Below are positions 62,699 to 64,000 of a stretch of DNA of 64,000 nucleotides, one piece after another. Under the pieces are notes generated by a model that saw only the letters and a program-made list of their open reading frames with translations, searched no databases and was not told the origin of the DNA. The stretch is from the IMG/VR virus record IMGVR_UViG_3300045988_176633; one strand, given 5' to 3'. Position 1 is the stretch's first letter. Each line of letters begins with the position of its first letter. The stretch comes from a virus. A program made the position numbers and the translations under genes.

Positions 62699-63969
62699 TT
62701 GTACATTTTTCTTTTTAAGAAATACTCAAACTGTTCTTTATTAAGAGGAGCAACTCCCAATCCAGAAGTTTTTGTTTGTCCACTTTTAGCTGCATTTTGA
62801 GCAGTTAAAATATCCTCTTTGATTCTTTTTATATCAACAATCTTAAAATAAGAAGCCTTTTGAGAACCTGCGTTTAAATTTATTTCTTCATCTTCTCCTA
62901 CTACACCACTTAGAATAGGGAAGAACATTCCTCGTTCAACTTCAAGAATCGTTTCTCGAGAAATAGAATTTTCTGAGAACGATAAAGAATTTGAAACACC
63001 CGTGACATAAAACAATTCATTCGTATAATTATTTTTGACAAATGAACCTACCTTGATCCTCCTATCTCCATTAATTGTTATAGTACCTCTTCGTGTAAAC
63101 GGCAAATACGCAGTCGTTTCTATAACAAATAAAAGATCGTTCAACATTGTCGCTGCCATACTGTTCAAGTTTGAAGAACCACTAGCACCGTCAAGTGCAT
63201 TTGCAGCGATATAAATATCTTGTATTTCTAACTTTTTATTACCAAAATATTTAGTTATCTCATTTAAATAAATAATTGGTACAAAAGCTAAAGAAGTTGT
63301 ATTATCTTTTCCTGTAATTTGGTCTTGTGGGAAAAGTCTATAAGATGAATAAACTCGATCATCATAACTCAATGAACTTGATATGAAATTACTTGAATCT
63401 ATTTCAATATAAGTTTCACTAACAATAACGTCTTTAATAGCGCTTTCGGTAAAAGGTGGTTGTCTAACTACTATATCCAATGTATCAACATAGGTATCAA
63501 ACAAAACCTCTACAAATGGATCTTGACAAGTCTTAAAAATAAAATCCATTAATGATCCGTCAGGATTAGCAAATGAAGGATCTACGAGGGTTCTTTTTTC
63601 AAGATTATCGTCACAAAAAACTTTGACAATTTGCCAAATACCATTGACTTTTTGAGTTTGTTTGTAACTTTGATCACCTGTTTCTATTTCATAAGAAGTA
63701 GTGCGTCTTTCTTTATAAGCTGAAAAAAGATCGTTTGATACAATACCAATATTAGATAAAAGGTTGATAACAAACCAAAGAGTTTCTCTTATTCCTCGAA
63801 AGCCATAATTAAAGAAGAAATCATAGGTACCAGTTACGATATTTCTCTTGTACCACTCATCCGATTGATCGCCTACATAAAACCATAAGTCTTTATTTCC
63901 TTCTACCCATTTTAATGGAATGAAATAACTACCATCTTCTACAAATAACTTAGTAAAATCCCGACCCAT
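62695..63969 (-). CDS. tail/baseplate-module protein (424 aa)
   Basis: ATG at 63969 overlaps a TAA of an upstream frame (TAATG). The same frame is also open to the window edge. No motif. Confidence 0.45.
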   Translation of the reverse strand: MGRDFTKLFVEDGSYFIPLKWVEGNKDLWFYVGDQSDEWYKRNIVTGTYDFFFNYGFRGIRETLWFVINLLSNIGIVSNDLFSAYKERRTTSYEIETGDQSYKQTQKVNGIWQIVKVFCDDNLEKRTLVDPSFANPDGSLMDFIFKTCQDPFVEVLFDTYVDTLDIVVRQPPFTESAIKDVIVSETYIEIDSSNFISSSLSYDDRVYSSYRLFPQDQITGKDNTTSLAFVPIIYLNEITKYFGNKKLEIQDIYIAANALDGASGSSNLNSMAATMLNDLLFVIETTAYLPFTRRGTITINGDRRIKVGSFVKNNYTNELFYVTGVSNSLSFSENSISRETILEVERGMFFPILSGVVGEDEEINLNAGSQKASYFKIVDIKRIKEDILTAQNAAKSGQTKTSGLGVAPLNKEQFEYFLKRKMYK

Positions 63970-64000
63970 TACAGTGACAAGATAATCGTCGTAAGATGTA

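Noticed and set aside
1-64000. Search for an invertase, integrase, reverse transcriptase (DGR), CRISPR array, tRNA or rRNA genes
   Set aside because: No ORF shows serine-recombinase (resolvase/invertase N-terminal Ser motif plus HTH), tyrosine-recombinase (R..HxxR..Y) or RT (YxDD) signatures. No regularly spaced direct repeats or cloverleaf candidates were seen by eye. Absence is limited to this window and to manual inspection.
63969-64000. Partial upstream - strand gene ending ...HLTTIILSL* with its TAA overlapping the ATG at 63969
   Set aside because: Only 10 codons are visible. The 424-aa gene's own frame is also open to the edge, so the boundary cannot be decided from this window.

Overview
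AT-rich, tightly packed segment of a large tailed dsDNA phage genome. Every credible gene is on the - strand except one promoterless cassette. No integrase or other lysogeny gene was recognised. A Bacteroidota/Flavobacteriia host is inferred from BspA-type LRRs, CarboxypepD_reg-like fibre repeats and a lipobox lipoprotein. In transcription order (right to left): a baseplate/tail-fibre module (63969->45728) with a 2097-aa baseplate-J fusion protein and a 1577-aa LRR fibre. Then small ORFs, an HNH nuclease, a DnaQ-like exonuclease, TerL, a DnaB-like helicase and a primase. Then a queD-queE-folE 7-deazaguanine precursor operon, a free-standing HNH gene, MazG, a P-loop NTPase and two HeH-domain paralogs. 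Then an interrupted DnaE-type polymerase, SbcD, RecA, SbcC, a RuvC-like resolvase, a ThyX-like protein, LigA, an SNF2 helicase, RNase H, a UvrD-like helicase and class II RNR. The last recognisable genes are a DpdA-like transglycosylase next to a QueD-like/kinase fusion. Main findings: (1) A 54-bp perfect, in-frame inverted repeat brackets 1.84 kb holding two convergent alternative Gly-rich C-termini of the baseplate-J fibre protein. This is a Mu G-segment-like invertible cassette, but no invertase is visible in the window. (2) The window is unusually rich in selfish elements. There are three inteins (HNH-type in NrdJ, a class-3 Ala1/WCT LAGLIDADG intein in the SbcC P-loop, a LAGLIDADG intein in the TerL P-loop). 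dnaE carries a probable group I intron with an I-TevI-like GIY-YIG gene, and there are free-standing HNH genes. (3) The deazaguanine DNA-modification gene set lacks queC in this window. (4) Conserved palindromic promoter/terminator-like motifs recur in intergenic gaps. All functional calls come from motif reading by eye; no database search was run.
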